64,000 nucleotides of DNA from the NCBI GenBank assembly GCA_047947115.1, contig CP170459.1:1056001-1120000 (forward strand), in the 5' to 3' direction. Of the stretch, positions 40,486 through 51,424 are shown piece by piece. This DNA comes from Verrucomicrobiota bacterium. Lineage in GTDB: Bacteria > Verrucomicrobiota > Verrucomicrobiia > Limisphaerales > AAA164-E04. Position 1 is the first letter of the stretch; each line of letters begins with the position of its first letter. The notes under the pieces were generated by a model. It worked only from the letters and a program-made list of their open reading frames with translations, ran no database searches and was not told the origin of the DNA. The position numbers were made by a program, and so were the translations under genes.

Positions 40486-41730
40486 ATGAAAATACGTGTG
40501 CTTTTCATCTTGGGCATTCTCTTGGCGACTTCCATGATCGCCAGTGCTGAGGGATATCTGGCAGGGGTCGCGGTGCGGGATGTCACCCCGTCTCCGTTGC
40601 TTCCGGTGTCGGGCGGCATCGGCCCGTCGAATCCGGTAGAAGAACAACGCGGCAACCTAACTGTGCGAGCATTCGCCGTTCAAAACGGGGAATCGACGGT
40701 CGTGTTTGTTTCATCCGATTTTCTTGGCTTTCCATCCGCTCTGGGAAATCGTGTGCGTGAAAAAGTACACTGGATCCCCGGGGAAAACATCCTTATTGGA
40801 GCTTCCCACACACACAGCGCACCGGATTGCTATGGCTTTCCCGACGGAAAAGGCGGAACCAGCGCAGACCCGAAATACTGGGATCTCGTGTGCAACCAGA
40901 TGGCGGCAGCCATCCACTCGGCATTGGCTTCCTTGCGCCCGGTGCAATTGAAAATCAACACGGGTGAAGCTCGTGGAAAAATCGCCTATAACGCCTACGC
41001 AGAAGCACTCTATGATCCACGTTGCCACGTCATTCAGGCAGTGGGCTCTGATGGAAAACCGGTTGTGACATTGGTGAATTATGCCGTACATCCCGAGGTG
41101 TTGGGATCGAATGCGGGGATTTGCAGTCCGGACCTGATCTGGCCCATGACCGAGCGCATCGAACAGGAACTTGGCGGAGTCGCGATGTTCATGAACAGCG
41201 CCCAGGGCGGCATGGTAACTGCGGACAACCGCAAAGAGGACGGCAGTGACTCCCGCACCTGGGACGAATGCCTGAGAATAGGTCATCTATTGGCGGATGA
41301 AGCCATGCGCATCATAGGTGAAGCAGACTTTCAGACCGAATCCCACCTGGTGGTTCACGCCAGTAAAGTCTCCTTCCCCGTGGAATCCAGGGAAATGCTG
41401 GCCGTGTTGGAGGCATCGCCTTTGAAGTTTGAGTTGGAAGATCAGTCACGCATTACCACGACGATGAACCTGGTCGAACTGGGCAATGCGCAAATTTTGA
41501 CCATTCCGGGGGAGGCACTGCCCAATATCGGTTATTATCTGAAACGTCAGATGCAAGGCGAGCACAACCTGTTATTCGGTCTGACCAATGACGCATTTGG
41601 CTACATCATGACCCGTGTGGACTGGGGAAGTTTTAAGCGCTACCAATATATCACACGGGTTTCTCTGGGTGAAGGCACTGGAGAGGCTTTGATCACCGAA
41701 TCGATCAAACTGATTGATCGGACACGCTGA
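40486..41730 (+). CDS. Neutral/alkaline ceramidase-like protein
   Basis: ASHTHSAP, NYAVHP, IPGE, GLTND; signal peptide. Confidence 0.75.
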   Translation: MKIRVLFILGILLATSMIASAEGYLAGVAVRDVTPSPLLPVSGGIGPSNPVEEQRGNLTVRAFAVQNGESTVVFVSSDFLGFPSALGNRVREKVHWIPGENILIGASHTHSAPDCYGFPDGKGGTSADPKYWDLVCNQMAAAIHSALASLRPVQLKINTGEARGKIAYNAYAEALYDPRCHVIQAVGSDGKPVVTLVNYAVHPEVLGSNAGICSPDLIWPMTERIEQELGGVAMFMNSAQGGMVTADNRKEDGSDSRTWDECLRIGHLLADEAMRIIGEADFQTESHLVVHASKVSFPVESREMLAVLEASPLKFELEDQSRITTTMNLVELGNAQILTIPGEALPNIGYYLKRQMQGEHNLLFGLTNDAFGYIMTRVDWGSFKRYQYITRVSLGEGTGEALITESIKLIDRTR

Positions 41731-41751
41731 GTTTCTTTGGAGACATTGTTC

Positions 41752-42192
41752 ATGAGGGAAAAGCCATTGGAAAATCTGGAACCGGGTCGAACGGTGTTTG
41801 AGACCACATCCAGCGTTCGGCCGGATGATATCGACATGTTTCGGCATGTGCACGCCAGCAAATATCAGGATTACCTGCTGGCGGCTCGATTCGACCAGAT
41901 GAACCGCTGCTACGGCATTTCGATGGAACAATTCATCGAAGCTGGCTTTGGTTGGTATGTGCGAGAGTTTCAGATTGAATACAAACGATCGCTCGGACTC
42001 GGGGACACATTCAAGGTGCGCACCTGGATTCAGGATTTTTATCGTACCGGAGTTCAGGTGGAATACGAGATCGTTCGCTTGCCGGATGAGAAACTCAGCT
42101 GCCGTGGATCCTCCCATTACACGCTCATTTCCTTGAAAACACAGCGACCGGAACCTATTCCAAACTGGGTTCTGGAAAAGTACACAGTTTGA
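41752..42192 (+). CDS. Acyl-CoA thioesterase (4HBT/YbgC-like)
   Basis: VRPDDIDMFRHVH..Y. Confidence 0.85.
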   Translation: MREKPLENLEPGRTVFETTSSVRPDDIDMFRHVHASKYQDYLLAARFDQMNRCYGISMEQFIEAGFGWYVREFQIEYKRSLGLGDTFKVRTWIQDFYRTGVQVEYEIVRLPDEKLSCRGSSHYTLISLKTQRPEPIPNWVLEKYTV

Positions 42193-42339
42193 GACTATAT
42201 TATTTCTTCCTTCCACAGGGCCTCGGAAATAGGATACTAAGGGGGAGGGAGGTTGAAGGTGTTTTTGTAGACTTATCTGGAAATCGCTTTCGAATCATGA
42301 CATCCCAAAGTTGTCAAATAGTTGTAACACTATCGAAAA

Positions 42340-42888
42340 ATGCAGAAAGTCTTGTTTATTTGTACGGGGAATTGGTACCGCAGTCGGTTGTCTGAAGTGC
42401 TGTTCAATTACTACGCCATGCTTGGAAAAATTGAATGGCGTGCCGACTCACGCGGGATGACCGAGACTTCCATTCGTGGCATTTCTCCGGACGCAATGGC
42501 TTATCTTGAAAAGAAAGGACTGCACACCTACCTCGACGAACCCCGAGATCCGGAAGCTATCAAAGTGTCCGATCTGGAGGAAAACGATCTGATCATTGCC
42601 TTGTGCCGGGATGAACACGAGGGAATGATGCGTGAACGATTCGGCCAGATTCCCAAGTTCATGGAGAACCAGGGTAAGCTTCGTTTCTGGAATGTATTTG
42701 ACGTCCCGCCTGACATGCCGTCCGGATTCAGAAGCCTGTTTGGCTCCAAAAGCGAGCGACCTTCACAGCCTGCTCACAGCAGTTCCGAGCACATCGACCT
42801 TGCCGTCAAGCTGCTGATTCATGAGTTATCGGAAAATCAGCTGAAAGCGACCATGGATCCCAAATCTACCGGTCAGGAAAGAGAATAA
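42340..42888 (+). CDS. Low-molecular-weight phosphatase family protein
   Basis: VLFICTGNWYRS (CX5R), ADSRG. Confidence 0.8.
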   Translation: MQKVLFICTGNWYRSRLSEVLFNYYAMLGKIEWRADSRGMTETSIRGISPDAMAYLEKKGLHTYLDEPRDPEAIKVSDLEENDLIIALCRDEHEGMMRERFGQIPKFMENQGKLRFWNVFDVPPDMPSGFRSLFGSKSERPSQPAHSSSEHIDLAVKLLIHELSENQLKATMDPKSTGQERE

Positions 42889-42890
42889 AA

Positions 42891-43934
42891 TCAGGGAACC
42901 TCGACATCGGAATGATCAGGTGCGATTACTTGAGCGTCCGGCAGAGGGGTTCTGCGGCGACGCCACCATTGTTTGAGCAAACCCTGAGATGGACTGAATG
43001 CCCAGGCCAATCCGAATAACCCCGAACCAGCCACCACCATGCAGCCAGCAGTGGAACTGTTCAACCAGATGGCCAGGTGCACGCCCACAACGGTACTCAA
43101 CGCGGCATGCAGGATGGATAACATCATGACTTTGGGAAACCGGGTGGTCAGCAACGAAGCCGTTGCTCCGGGCAAGATCAACATGGCAATCACCAGAATC
43201 GCGCCCACCGCTTCAAACGCGCTGATAACTATCACCGACAACCAGCACATCAACGCATAATGCACACAGGTGGCGTTGATGCCCATCGATGATGCCAATC
43301 CGGGGTCAAAGGAACTCACAAGTAATTCCTTGTAAAACAACAGGACCAAACCAAGCGTTAATAATGCAACCATCCCCATCCGGACCACAGGATCCGGTGC
43401 GATTTCATGTCCGGCCAATGAGGTGAACGGTTGAATGGACACGAAAGCGATTTCGCCATGCAAAACGCAATCGGCATCCAAATCCACCTTATCGGCATAG
43501 ACACTGATCAAGACCACCCCCAGGGCAAACAATGTAGAGAAAGTGATGCCGATGGCGGCATCCTGTTTGATTCGGGTGCGTTTGTGGATGATTTCAATCA
43601 GCATGGTCGTGACGATGCCGGCGACCAGAGAACCGATAAAAACGGCAAGCCCGTAAGAAAACCCATGTGAAGAAGCACTGGCATCATCAGCGCCCCCACC
43701 GACCGACCAGGCGTTCGCAACCAGAAACCCGATCGCCAATCCCGGCAGCACACTGTGGCTGATGGCGTCCCCCACCAGAGCCATTCGGCGCAGAATCAGG
43801 TAATTCCCCGCCAAACCGCACGCGGCACAGACGAAAAAGCCCATGAGGACAATCCACCCGTAAATGGGGAGGTCGGTCGTCCAAGGAGCCACCACCACCG
43901 TTTGCCAATCCCAGGCTGGAATCAATTCATTCAT
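42891..43934 (-). CDS. Mn/Zn/Fe ABC permease (TroD-like)
   Basis: LVGDAISHSVLPG, YKELLVSSFD. Confidence 0.9.
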   Translation of the reverse strand: MNELIPAWDWQTVVVAPWTTDLPIYGWIVLMGFFVCAACGLAGNYLILRRMALVGDAISHSVLPGLAIGFLVANAWSVGGGADDASASSHGFSYGLAVFIGSLVAGIVTTMLIEIIHKRTRIKQDAAIGITFSTLFALGVVLISVYADKVDLDADCVLHGEIAFVSIQPFTSLAGHEIAPDPVVRMGMVALLTLGLVLLFYKELLVSSFDPGLASSMGINATCVHYALMCWLSVIVISAFEAVGAILVIAMLILPGATASLLTTRFPKVMMLSILHAALSTVVGVHLAIWLNSSTAGCMVVAGSGLFGLAWAFSPSQGLLKQWWRRRRTPLPDAQVIAPDHSDVEVP

Positions 43935-45409
43935 GACTGTTTCCCATAACCGGTGCTGCCACCCGACAATCCACCCGACCCCGCCCCGTGCACCGATACA
44001 ATGTCTTCAGGAGACGGGATGGGTTTACCGTGTGGATCTCGGCTGGCGAAGTTCAATTGCCGTTCGAGCTGACGCACGATGTCCTCACCCAGAATATGTT
44101 CTATTTCTTCCGCATCATCGTGAACATGATCGGGTGGATAATTGGCGGCATCGGTCAGATACAACTCCCACAAACGATGGTTTCGAACAATGGTTTGAGC
44201 GCGGCGCATTCCCTCCGGAGTGAGGTAGAGTGCCTTTTCGCCCGGAGGCAGCGTAGCGAACCCCATGTGTTGGAGCTCCCGGCATGACTCTTCCGATGTT
44301 TCCAGCGTCTGCCTGCGCGATTCCGCCAGTTCCATGAACGTAACACCTTCTCGTTTGAAACCTTCCCGTTCCATGACATGAAATACCGCCTTGAGTGTGT
44401 TCTCACGCCGTACGCGTCCGGACCGGGCACGTTGTGTCCACCATCGATGAAGGATGCCGTGCCTTGGTGCGAAGAGAAACGCCAGTAAAAACAACCCCGC
44501 AGCGGAAAGTACCATGAACGGTCCGGTAGGTAGCTGATGCCCCAGAAACGAAAAAAAAGCGCCCAGAGCACCTGAAACCATTCCCAGCACACACGCAATG
44601 ATTACCATGCGATGCAGACGGTCACTCAACAAATAGCTCGTGGCGGCAGGAGTGATCAGCATGGCGGAAACCAGCACCACACCGACGGCCTGCAAGGCAA
44701 TCACCACGGAAAATGCCAACAACAACATGAACCCATGGTGCACCCAAGGCACCGGCATATCGATACAATGGGCAAATCCGGCGTCAAAACTCACCGTGAG
44801 CAATTCCTTGTAAAACAACCAAACCAAACCCACGGTCAACACGGTTACCACAGCCATGAGCTGGATATCGGACGCTCCAAGCGATGCGGCCTGACCGAAC
44901 AGGAATTTGTCGATACCGCTTTTATTGCCTGATGGAAGACGCTGGATCATGGTGACCAGGCAAATCCCGACACCGAAAAAACCTGCAAGCACCATGCCCA
45001 GTGCGGTGTCCTCTTTCAATTTGGTGGTGGCGGTCAATCGCGTCACCATGAAACTGCCAAGCAAGCCTGCCATCGTGGCCCCCACAAAAATGGCGATGGG
45101 ATCCTTCTCCATATTCCAAAGAAAACCGGCCGCCACTCCGGGCAGAACGGCATGTGAAATGGTATCCCCCACCAAGGCCAGTTTCCTGACCAACAAAAAG
45201 CTACCCAACATGCCGCACGTGAAACCCAGAAGAATGGCTCCTGTCAGAGCATACCGAAGAGATGGATCCCGAAAGCTGAAAAAGCGAAGTGCCTGATCCA
45301 GGACAGATATTTCGGTGATCTCTCCAATACGCGCGGCATGCATCTGTGATAAGGAAGCAAACAGGAACAAACACAGCAATCCGCTCAAATGAACACGCAC
45401 TGTTTTCAT
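43931..45409 (-). CDS. Mn/Zn/Fe ABC permease fused to a DtxR-type domain (YtgCR-like)
   Basis: GDTISHAVLPG; C-terminal ENTLKAVF..RNHRLWELYL..HDDAEEIEH..DPHGKPIP. Confidence 0.9.
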   Translation of the reverse strand: MKTVRVHLSGLLCLFLFASLSQMHAARIGEITEISVLDQALRFFSFRDPSLRYALTGAILLGFTCGMLGSFLLVRKLALVGDTISHAVLPGVAAGFLWNMEKDPIAIFVGATMAGLLGSFMVTRLTATTKLKEDTALGMVLAGFFGVGICLVTMIQRLPSGNKSGIDKFLFGQAASLGASDIQLMAVVTVLTVGLVWLFYKELLTVSFDAGFAHCIDMPVPWVHHGFMLLLAFSVVIALQAVGVVLVSAMLITPAATSYLLSDRLHRMVIIACVLGMVSGALGAFFSFLGHQLPTGPFMVLSAAGLFLLAFLFAPRHGILHRWWTQRARSGRVRRENTLKAVFHVMEREGFKREGVTFMELAESRRQTLETSEESCRELQHMGFATLPPGEKALYLTPEGMRRAQTIVRNHRLWELYLTDAANYPPDHVHDDAEEIEHILGEDIVRQLERQLNFASRDPHGKPIPSPEDIVSVHGAGSGGLSGGSTGYGKQS

Positions 45410-45425
45410 GATGACAAGCATAGGC

Positions 45426-46253
45426 TCAGGACTTGGTCTGACGGACGGCATCGGCGACTTCAGAAAGAATGGTCAATCGGCCTCCATAGGTCTTCTGAAG
45501 TTTGTCATAGGTAAAAACCTCCTCAGTCGGACCAAAATCCACCAAACGCATATTGAGCAACACCAGCATGTTGAAGTAATTACGGGCGGTCGGAAGATCA
45601 TGATGCACTACGAGGATGGTTTTCCCCTGCTTTCTGAGTTCATGAAGCAACGAGATAATTGAGGATTCCGTTGCCGCATCGACACCTGCAAAAGGCTCGT
45701 CCATCAGATACAGATCACTCTCCTGTGCCAAAGCGCGCGCCAAAAAAACGCGCTGCTGCTGCCCACCACTCAAGTTGGCAATCTGGCGATCGGCATAAGG
45801 CATCATTTTGACTTTTTCCAGACAGGCACAGGCTATATCACGATCCTGCTTTTTGGGTCGCTTGAACAAGCCCAACTTCCCGTATCGCCCCATCAGGACA
45901 ACATCCATTACATTCACTGGAAAATCCCAGTCCACCGACTCACGTTGAGGCACATAACCCACCCTTCGCAGGTTCTTCTTGTTCGATTCCCCAAACAGAC
46001 GCACCCAACCGCTATCGGTCGGGATGAGTCCCATAATGGCTTTGATCAAAGTAGACTTGCCAGCTCCGTTCGGACCAATAATACCAATCAGTTTTCCGGG
46101 CGGTATACGTAAATCGATCCCATAGAGAACCGGTTTGTGGTGATAGGCCACCGTCAGATCATGAACCTCCAACGGAACTTCCGCATCCGACAAGCCCTTG
46201 GTCCATTTGTCCGTCTGGACATGATCAGGCAATGGAATGTTTGGTTGATTCAT
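45426..46253 (-). CDS. Metal ABC transporter ATPase (TroB-like)
   Basis: GPNGAGKST, LSGGQQQR, DEPF. Confidence 0.93.
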   Translation of the reverse strand: MNQPNIPLPDHVQTDKWTKGLSDAEVPLEVHDLTVAYHHKPVLYGIDLRIPPGKLIGIIGPNGAGKSTLIKAIMGLIPTDSGWVRLFGESNKKNLRRVGYVPQRESVDWDFPVNVMDVVLMGRYGKLGLFKRPKKQDRDIACACLEKVKMMPYADRQIANLSGGQQQRVFLARALAQESDLYLMDEPFAGVDAATESSIISLLHELRKQGKTILVVHHDLPTARNYFNMLVLLNMRLVDFGPTEEVFTYDKLQKTYGGRLTILSEVADAVRQTKS

Positions 46254-46339
46254 ATGGATGATGATCTTGTTCCAGCTCCCCACGATCGGGCAGCTTCTCA
46301 AGACCTTATACTAACTCAGGCGCTGAGTGCATCAAGCAA

Positions 46340-46361
46340 AAAGTTAGATAAATCTAACTTT
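46340..46361. promoter_or_regulatory. DtxR/MntR-type operator palindrome
   Basis: AAAGTTAGAT-AA-ATCTAACTTT upstream of the metal ABC operon. Confidence 0.75.
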
Positions 46362-46572
46362 GATTTGACACTCAATAATTATTTTTTTAATTTTTTTTGA
46401 GTCTTTTCGTGAACGTGCGTGTCAAAGGAAACTGAAGGCCAAATTCTGATCTATTTTAGTTCTCAATATGCTCAGTTCCCAGAAGGTCCTCTACCGTGTT
46501 GTGCGGCATGGTGGAGGGCCTTCATGTTTTCAGGGGCATATCTTATAAATAGTTCAGCCCAATCTGCTTATT

Positions 46573-46607
46573 AAAAAACGGCCATGCCCCGGAGGCATGA
46601 CCGTTTG
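46573..46607 (-). terminator. Intrinsic terminator of the FKBP gene
   Basis: AAAAAACGGCCATGCCCCGGAGGCATGACCGTTT hairpin with a T tract on the minus strand. Confidence 0.75.
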
Positions 46608-46633
46608 AAAAAGGGACTGGGGTCTATCAGACC

Positions 46634-47473
46634 TTATTTCTTTTCGGCTGCTTTTTCTTTCTTCAGGTATTCGTCCACCTCATCCTGTTTGATGACTTCG
46701 ATCTGAGCGCCTTTTTTGAGCTCTTCAGCGGATGGTACCTTGATAATGTCGCTGGTGATGGGAGCAGAAGCTTTCTTAGGCTTTGGAGGCTCTTCGATTC
46801 CAATCAGTTCCACTTCGAAAAGGAGAGTTGAATTGGGCGGGATATTTCGGTTCCCGTTTGGTCCATAGGCCAAATCTCCAGGGATGAAGAGTTGCCACTT
46901 GGAGCCGACTTTCATCAACTGCAAGGCTTCCGTCCAACCACGAATCACGCCCGTGACACTGAATTTGGCAGGAGTGCCACGTGAATAGGAGCTATCGAAT
47001 TCCTTCCCATCGATGAATGTGCCACGGTAGTGCACGCTGACACGATCGGAGGCTGTGGGGATGGCCCCGGTGCCTTCGGTCAGGACTTTGTATTGAAGAC
47101 CGCTACCCAGAGTTTTGACACCCTCCTTGGTTTTATTCTCCTCGAGAAAGGCCTTTCCTATTTCCAGGTTCTCAGCAGCCTGTTTATCGCGTTGAGCCTT
47201 TTGATTTTCACGCGCCAGATTGGTGACTTCCTGATAAACGGAGTTGATCTCACTATCATCCATCAAGCATTGGTCGTGGATGAAGTCCTTCATGCCATCC
47301 AGGAAGGTCTGCAGGTCCACATCAATGTTGTTCTGCTTCAGGATTCTTCCATAGTTGGCGCCGAGGCCGTAGCCGAGGCGTTTTTTCTGGTCTGCCAAGT
47401 CTTCCTTGGTCGCGGCTTGGGCAACCACCGTCGCAAGCCCCAAGATCATACATGCACGGATGATAAACTTCAT
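46634..47473 (-). CDS. FKBP-type PPIase (FkpA/Mip-like)
   Basis: SGLQYKVL, VHYRG, FDSS, VIRGWTEAL, IPPNSTLLFEVEL. Confidence 0.95.
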   Translation of the reverse strand: MKFIIRACMILGLATVVAQAATKEDLADQKKRLGYGLGANYGRILKQNNIDVDLQTFLDGMKDFIHDQCLMDDSEINSVYQEVTNLARENQKAQRDKQAAENLEIGKAFLEENKTKEGVKTLGSGLQYKVLTEGTGAIPTASDRVSVHYRGTFIDGKEFDSSYSRGTPAKFSVTGVIRGWTEALQLMKVGSKWQLFIPGDLAYGPNGNRNIPPNSTLLFEVELIGIEEPPKPKKASAPITSDIIKVPSAEELKKGAQIEVIKQDEVDEYLKKEKAAEKK

Positions 47474-47691
47474 GGATATCACTTCTTATTGTTTAGGTTA
47501 ATACACTCAATCAAAATTTTCTGAGCGGTCATCTGTAGCATTTCAATGCCGGTGCGTCTAGGGTTTTTGCTGGGTGTGAAGCGATCGGTGCATGGCTTGG
47601 CCTGCCAATGGTGAGGCCTTTTGAATTCGAATGTCCAGAGGATACGCGTCGGGGATTCACGCTGTCGCGGGATTCTACCTTGGGGGTCGGG

Positions 47692-49935
47692 CTAATGCAT
47701 ATTGACCGGATCAATGTCCACGGCGGTCAATACTCCTTCGGGCAACCGTGTTTCGGCAATGAGTTGGGCAAGCTTGGCGCTCAGTCGGGACATGCGGGCA
47801 CATTTCATCATGATTTGGTAGCGAAAGAAGGTTTCCGCTCTTTCAAGCGGTGCGGGTGAAGGTCCGGCAACCGTAAGATCGGGCATGCTCTCTTTAAACT
47901 GCCCTATTAGCTGGGCAAGGTGCTGACCGCTTAGCTTAAGTTTTTCCTCGTTCTTGCCCCGCAGTGTGATCACCGCCAGTCGCATGGCAGGTGGATACAA
48001 TGTCTCTTTCCGAAACTCGATTTCCTGCTCGTAAAATCCGAGATAATCATGACGTCGCGCATATTGAATGGCCGCATGGAAAGGGGTAAAGGACTGAACA
48101 TAAACATCCCCTTCCACATCCCCTCTCCCTGCCCTGCCCGCCACCTGTGTCAGGAGTTGGAAGGTGCGTTCGCCCGCCCGGAAATCCGGCATGTGCAAAC
48201 TTAGATCGGCATAGATGATCCCGACCAGGGTGACATTGGGGAAATGCAGCCCCTTGGCGATCATTTGTGTGCCGATGAGGATATCAACCTTGCCCAATCT
48301 GAAATCGGTGAGGATGCGTTTGTAATCTTCTTTTCGTTTGAGCGTATCCGAATCCATGCGCTCGATGCCTGCCTTGGGAAACAACACTTTCAACGTGTCT
48401 TCCACCTTCTCGGTGCCAATCCCGGCAAATCGAATCTCGTAACTTTTGCACGTATCGATCGGACAACAAACGGGAGCCTTTTCATCATGACCACAAATGT
48501 GGCAGCGCAATTGTTGTTTTCGGCGGTGGTAAGTCAGGGAAATGCTGCAATTGGGGCACCCCGCCACAAAACCGCATTTGGGACACTGCATGGAGGAGGC
48601 ATAGCCACGGCGATTTAGAAACAGCATCGTCTGCTCACGGTTATCCAGTCGCTGTTGAATCGATTCCTTGAGTTGTTGAGAAAGGATCGGAATGCCCTTG
48701 TTCTTTCTTCCTTCGCTTCTCATATCCACCACCCGCACCCAGGGCATGGTCTTGTTATCGGCGCGGGATGGCATTTCCAACAAATGATATTTTCCCTTTT
48801 GCGTATTATAATAGGTCTCCAGAGAAGGGGTGGCCGAACCCAGAACCACCACTGCCTGTTCCCTCTGCGCGCGCACCACGGCCACATCGCGGGCATGATA
48901 ACGCGGGGCTTCTTCCTGTTTGTAGGAGTGCTCGTGTTCTTCGTCGACAATGATCAATCCCAAGGGCTCTACCGGCGCAAAGACCGCGCTGCGGGCACCG
49001 ATTACGATGCGCGCCCGGCCTTCACGGATCTTGTGCCATTCATCATGTCGTTCGCCATCGGACAAATGACTGTGCAACACAGCCACCAGAGTTTTGTTTT
49101 TACCCGAAGAAAACCGGGCTTTGAATCGTTCAACCGTCTGAGGGGTCAGAGAGATTTCGGGAACGAGCACGATAGCTCCCTTCCCCTGGTCCATGGCATG
49201 ATCAATGGCCTGGAGATAAACTTCGGTTTTGCCGCTTCCCGTTACACCATGCAGTAGAAAGACCGATGATGTCCTTTGATCCGGATCCGCATCCAGGGCC
49301 TGCTCGATGGCGTCCAATGAACGGCGTTGTTCCTGATTCAATTCGAGGGATTCAGTAGGTACGATGTGCTCGTCCGCGTAGGGATCGCGTTCAATCACTT
49401 CGTGCGTTATTCTGGCCACGCCGGCGTCTTCCAGTTTCTTGACGGTTGCCTTGGTCGACTGCGTCATTTTCAAGAACTCTTGAAGGGGCATTTCCTTCCA
49501 CTCCTGAAGAATGGCTCGCAGTTCCTGCTGGCGCTTGGTCAACTTGATCTCGGAACCCACCGGTTCCATGGAACGGATGTGCAGCTGCTTTTTCCATCCC
49601 TCTTTCTCTTTGCGCACTGCCACTGGAAGGACGCTCTTCAACGCGGTCTCAATTGGACAGCAATAGTAAGCTGCCATCCAACGCGCCAGAGCCAGCACTT
49701 TGGGGGTCACCAGACTTCCTTTGCCGATGACATTCAGGATGGGTTTGAGTTTGTGGTGATCGGATTGATCGGGGAGTCCGGTGACCACGCCCATCAGTTT
49801 GCGTCCACCAAAAGGAACTTTCACCCGCGCACCAATGTCCACCCGATCTTGAAACTCGGGAGGAACCAGGTAATCGAACTCCTTGCGGAGCGCGATTTCC
49901 AATGTGACGCGTGCGATCATGGGCCTATTACTCAC
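47692..49935 (-). CDS. priA: Primosomal protein N'
   Basis: GVTGSGKTEVY, DEEH, LNRRGY, CxxC clusters, QVAGRAGR. Confidence 0.97.
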   Translation of the reverse strand: MSNRPMIARVTLEIALRKEFDYLVPPEFQDRVDIGARVKVPFGGRKLMGVVTGLPDQSDHHKLKPILNVIGKGSLVTPKVLALARWMAAYYCCPIETALKSVLPVAVRKEKEGWKKQLHIRSMEPVGSEIKLTKRQQELRAILQEWKEMPLQEFLKMTQSTKATVKKLEDAGVARITHEVIERDPYADEHIVPTESLELNQEQRRSLDAIEQALDADPDQRTSSVFLLHGVTGSGKTEVYLQAIDHAMDQGKGAIVLVPEISLTPQTVERFKARFSSGKNKTLVAVLHSHLSDGERHDEWHKIREGRARIVIGARSAVFAPVEPLGLIIVDEEHEHSYKQEEAPRYHARDVAVVRAQREQAVVVLGSATPSLETYYNTQKGKYHLLEMPSRADNKTMPWVRVVDMRSEGRKNKGIPILSQQLKESIQQRLDNREQTMLFLNRRGYASSMQCPKCGFVAGCPNCSISLTYHRRKQQLRCHICGHDEKAPVCCPIDTCKSYEIRFAGIGTEKVEDTLKVLFPKAGIERMDSDTLKRKEDYKRILTDFRLGKVDILIGTQMIAKGLHFPNVTLVGIIYADLSLHMPDFRAGERTFQLLTQVAGRAGRGDVEGDVYVQSFTPFHAAIQYARRHDYLGFYEQEIEFRKETLYPPAMRLAVITLRGKNEEKLKLSGQHLAQLIGQFKESMPDLTVAGPSPAPLERAETFFRYQIMMKCARMSRLSAKLAQLIAETRLPEGVLTAVDIDPVNMH

Positions 49936-49995
49936 GGAGAGGCACAGAGACGCAAAGGAAAAAGTGTTTGAGATATTTGCATTTTTACAGTCCTC

Positions 49996-50181
49996 GGAGG
50001 GTCGAGTTCCACCTCGATCCCATACTTCCTCCTTATCAATCTACATGACCAAATGACGTGGAATGTGGGTAGCCATCGGTTCGCGTGCGACCACAGCCTT
50101 TCCATTGCAACTTGATGGCAGTTCAATCAACTCAAGGTTTGAAGTGGGTTTCCCGATAAAATCGGGAGAGCTTGACCCTCC
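49996..50181. repeat. MITE/REPIN-like element, copy 2
   Basis: GGAGGGTCGAGTTCC ... GAGCTTGACCCTCC; homologous to 3071-3245. Confidence 0.8.
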
Positions 50182-50259
50182 GGATCTACCAACACGGGCA
50201 TTTCAGGAATGAGCGTTGCTTTTTGGTGATGATCTGGAATATTTAGCCCATCCAAGATC

Positions 50260-51333
50260 ATGAAAAGTTTGAAAGTATTATCTCGCATATCGGCGCTTGT
50301 CGCATTGTGCACTCTACAAATGAACGTGTGGGGTCAGAACAATCCCTGGCTGCACTTCGAAGGACAGGGTGGTCCGGGCAAGGGAAAACACATCGTTTTG
50401 ATATCCGGAGACGAAGAATATCGCTCCGAAGAAACAAACCCCATGCTCGCGAAAATACTGAGCCAGCGCCACGGTTTCGACTGCACCGTTCTTTTCTCAC
50501 AGGATCCTGAAAACAATTACATCGATCCGAACAACCAACAAAGCATGCCCGGCCTGGAAGCCTTGAAGGAAGCGGACCTGGTGATCATCGGGACGCGCTT
50601 CCGCCGATTAAACGATGAGCAATATCAGATCATCGCCGACTACCTCAACTCCGGCAAACCTATCATGGGATTTCGCACGGCCACCCATGCTTTTACCGGT
50701 CCGGGACAAACAGGCGATTTCCGTTGGGGACAATTCGGGCTCAAGATACTGGGCGAAACATGGATCAGCCATCACGGTCATCACAAAGGACAGGGAACCC
50801 TTGCCATCGTCGAAGAGAAAAATGCCAAACACCCCGTGCTGAAAGGCGTTGGCAAAATCTTCGGACCCACGGACGTTTATGGCATTCGAAACCTGGATCC
50901 CGCGCAGTCTACTATTCTTCTCCGCGGCGCGGTCACGGCCTCCTTGGATGAGGATTCAGCTCCGATTGATGGTGAAAAAAATGATCCCATGATGCCCCTG
51001 GCATGGCTGCGCACCTACACCGCCCCGAATGGGACCAGTCAGGGCCATGCTTTCTGCACCACCCTGGGCGCTTCGGTGGATATGCTGGATAAAGATCTGC
51101 GACGCTTGTTCGTAAACGTCGCGTATCACCTCACAGGATTGAAAGTACGCAAAGCGGCGGATGTCACCTTTGTGGACGATTTCGCTCCGACCTTCTACGG
51201 ATTTAACAACGAAGAAGGCTATTATAAAAAGCGCAACCTGAAGATCAGCGATTTCGAACTGGGCAGCAACGCCTCCACCGGGCTGGCCAATCCAAAATCA
51301 GCTCCCGCATGGCGCCCCGTGCTGCCCTATTGA
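50260..51333 (+). CDS. Secreted ThuA-like domain protein
   Basis: GDEEYRSEE, RTATHAF, HHGHHK, DVYG, CTTLG. Confidence 0.8.
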   Translation: MKSLKVLSRISALVALCTLQMNVWGQNNPWLHFEGQGGPGKGKHIVLISGDEEYRSEETNPMLAKILSQRHGFDCTVLFSQDPENNYIDPNNQQSMPGLEALKEADLVIIGTRFRRLNDEQYQIIADYLNSGKPIMGFRTATHAFTGPGQTGDFRWGQFGLKILGETWISHHGHHKGQGTLAIVEEKNAKHPVLKGVGKIFGPTDVYGIRNLDPAQSTILLRGAVTASLDEDSAPIDGEKNDPMMPLAWLRTYTAPNGTSQGHAFCTTLGASVDMLDKDLRRLFVNVAYHLTGLKVRKAADVTFVDDFAPTFYGFNNEEGYYKKRNLKISDFELGSNASTGLANPKSAPAWRPVLPY

Positions 51334-51360
51334 AAATTTCGATCACCCACTCTTCCAGCT

Positions 51361-51414
51361 CGGGAGAATCTTTGGCTGTCAATCGATGCCATAAGATTCT
51401 CCCGCTTGTTTTTT
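51361..51414 (+). terminator. Intrinsic terminator
   Basis: CGGGAGAATCTT..AAGATTCTCCCG stem followed by TTGTTTTTT. Confidence 0.75.
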
Positions 51415-51424
51415 CCGAGCCCTA

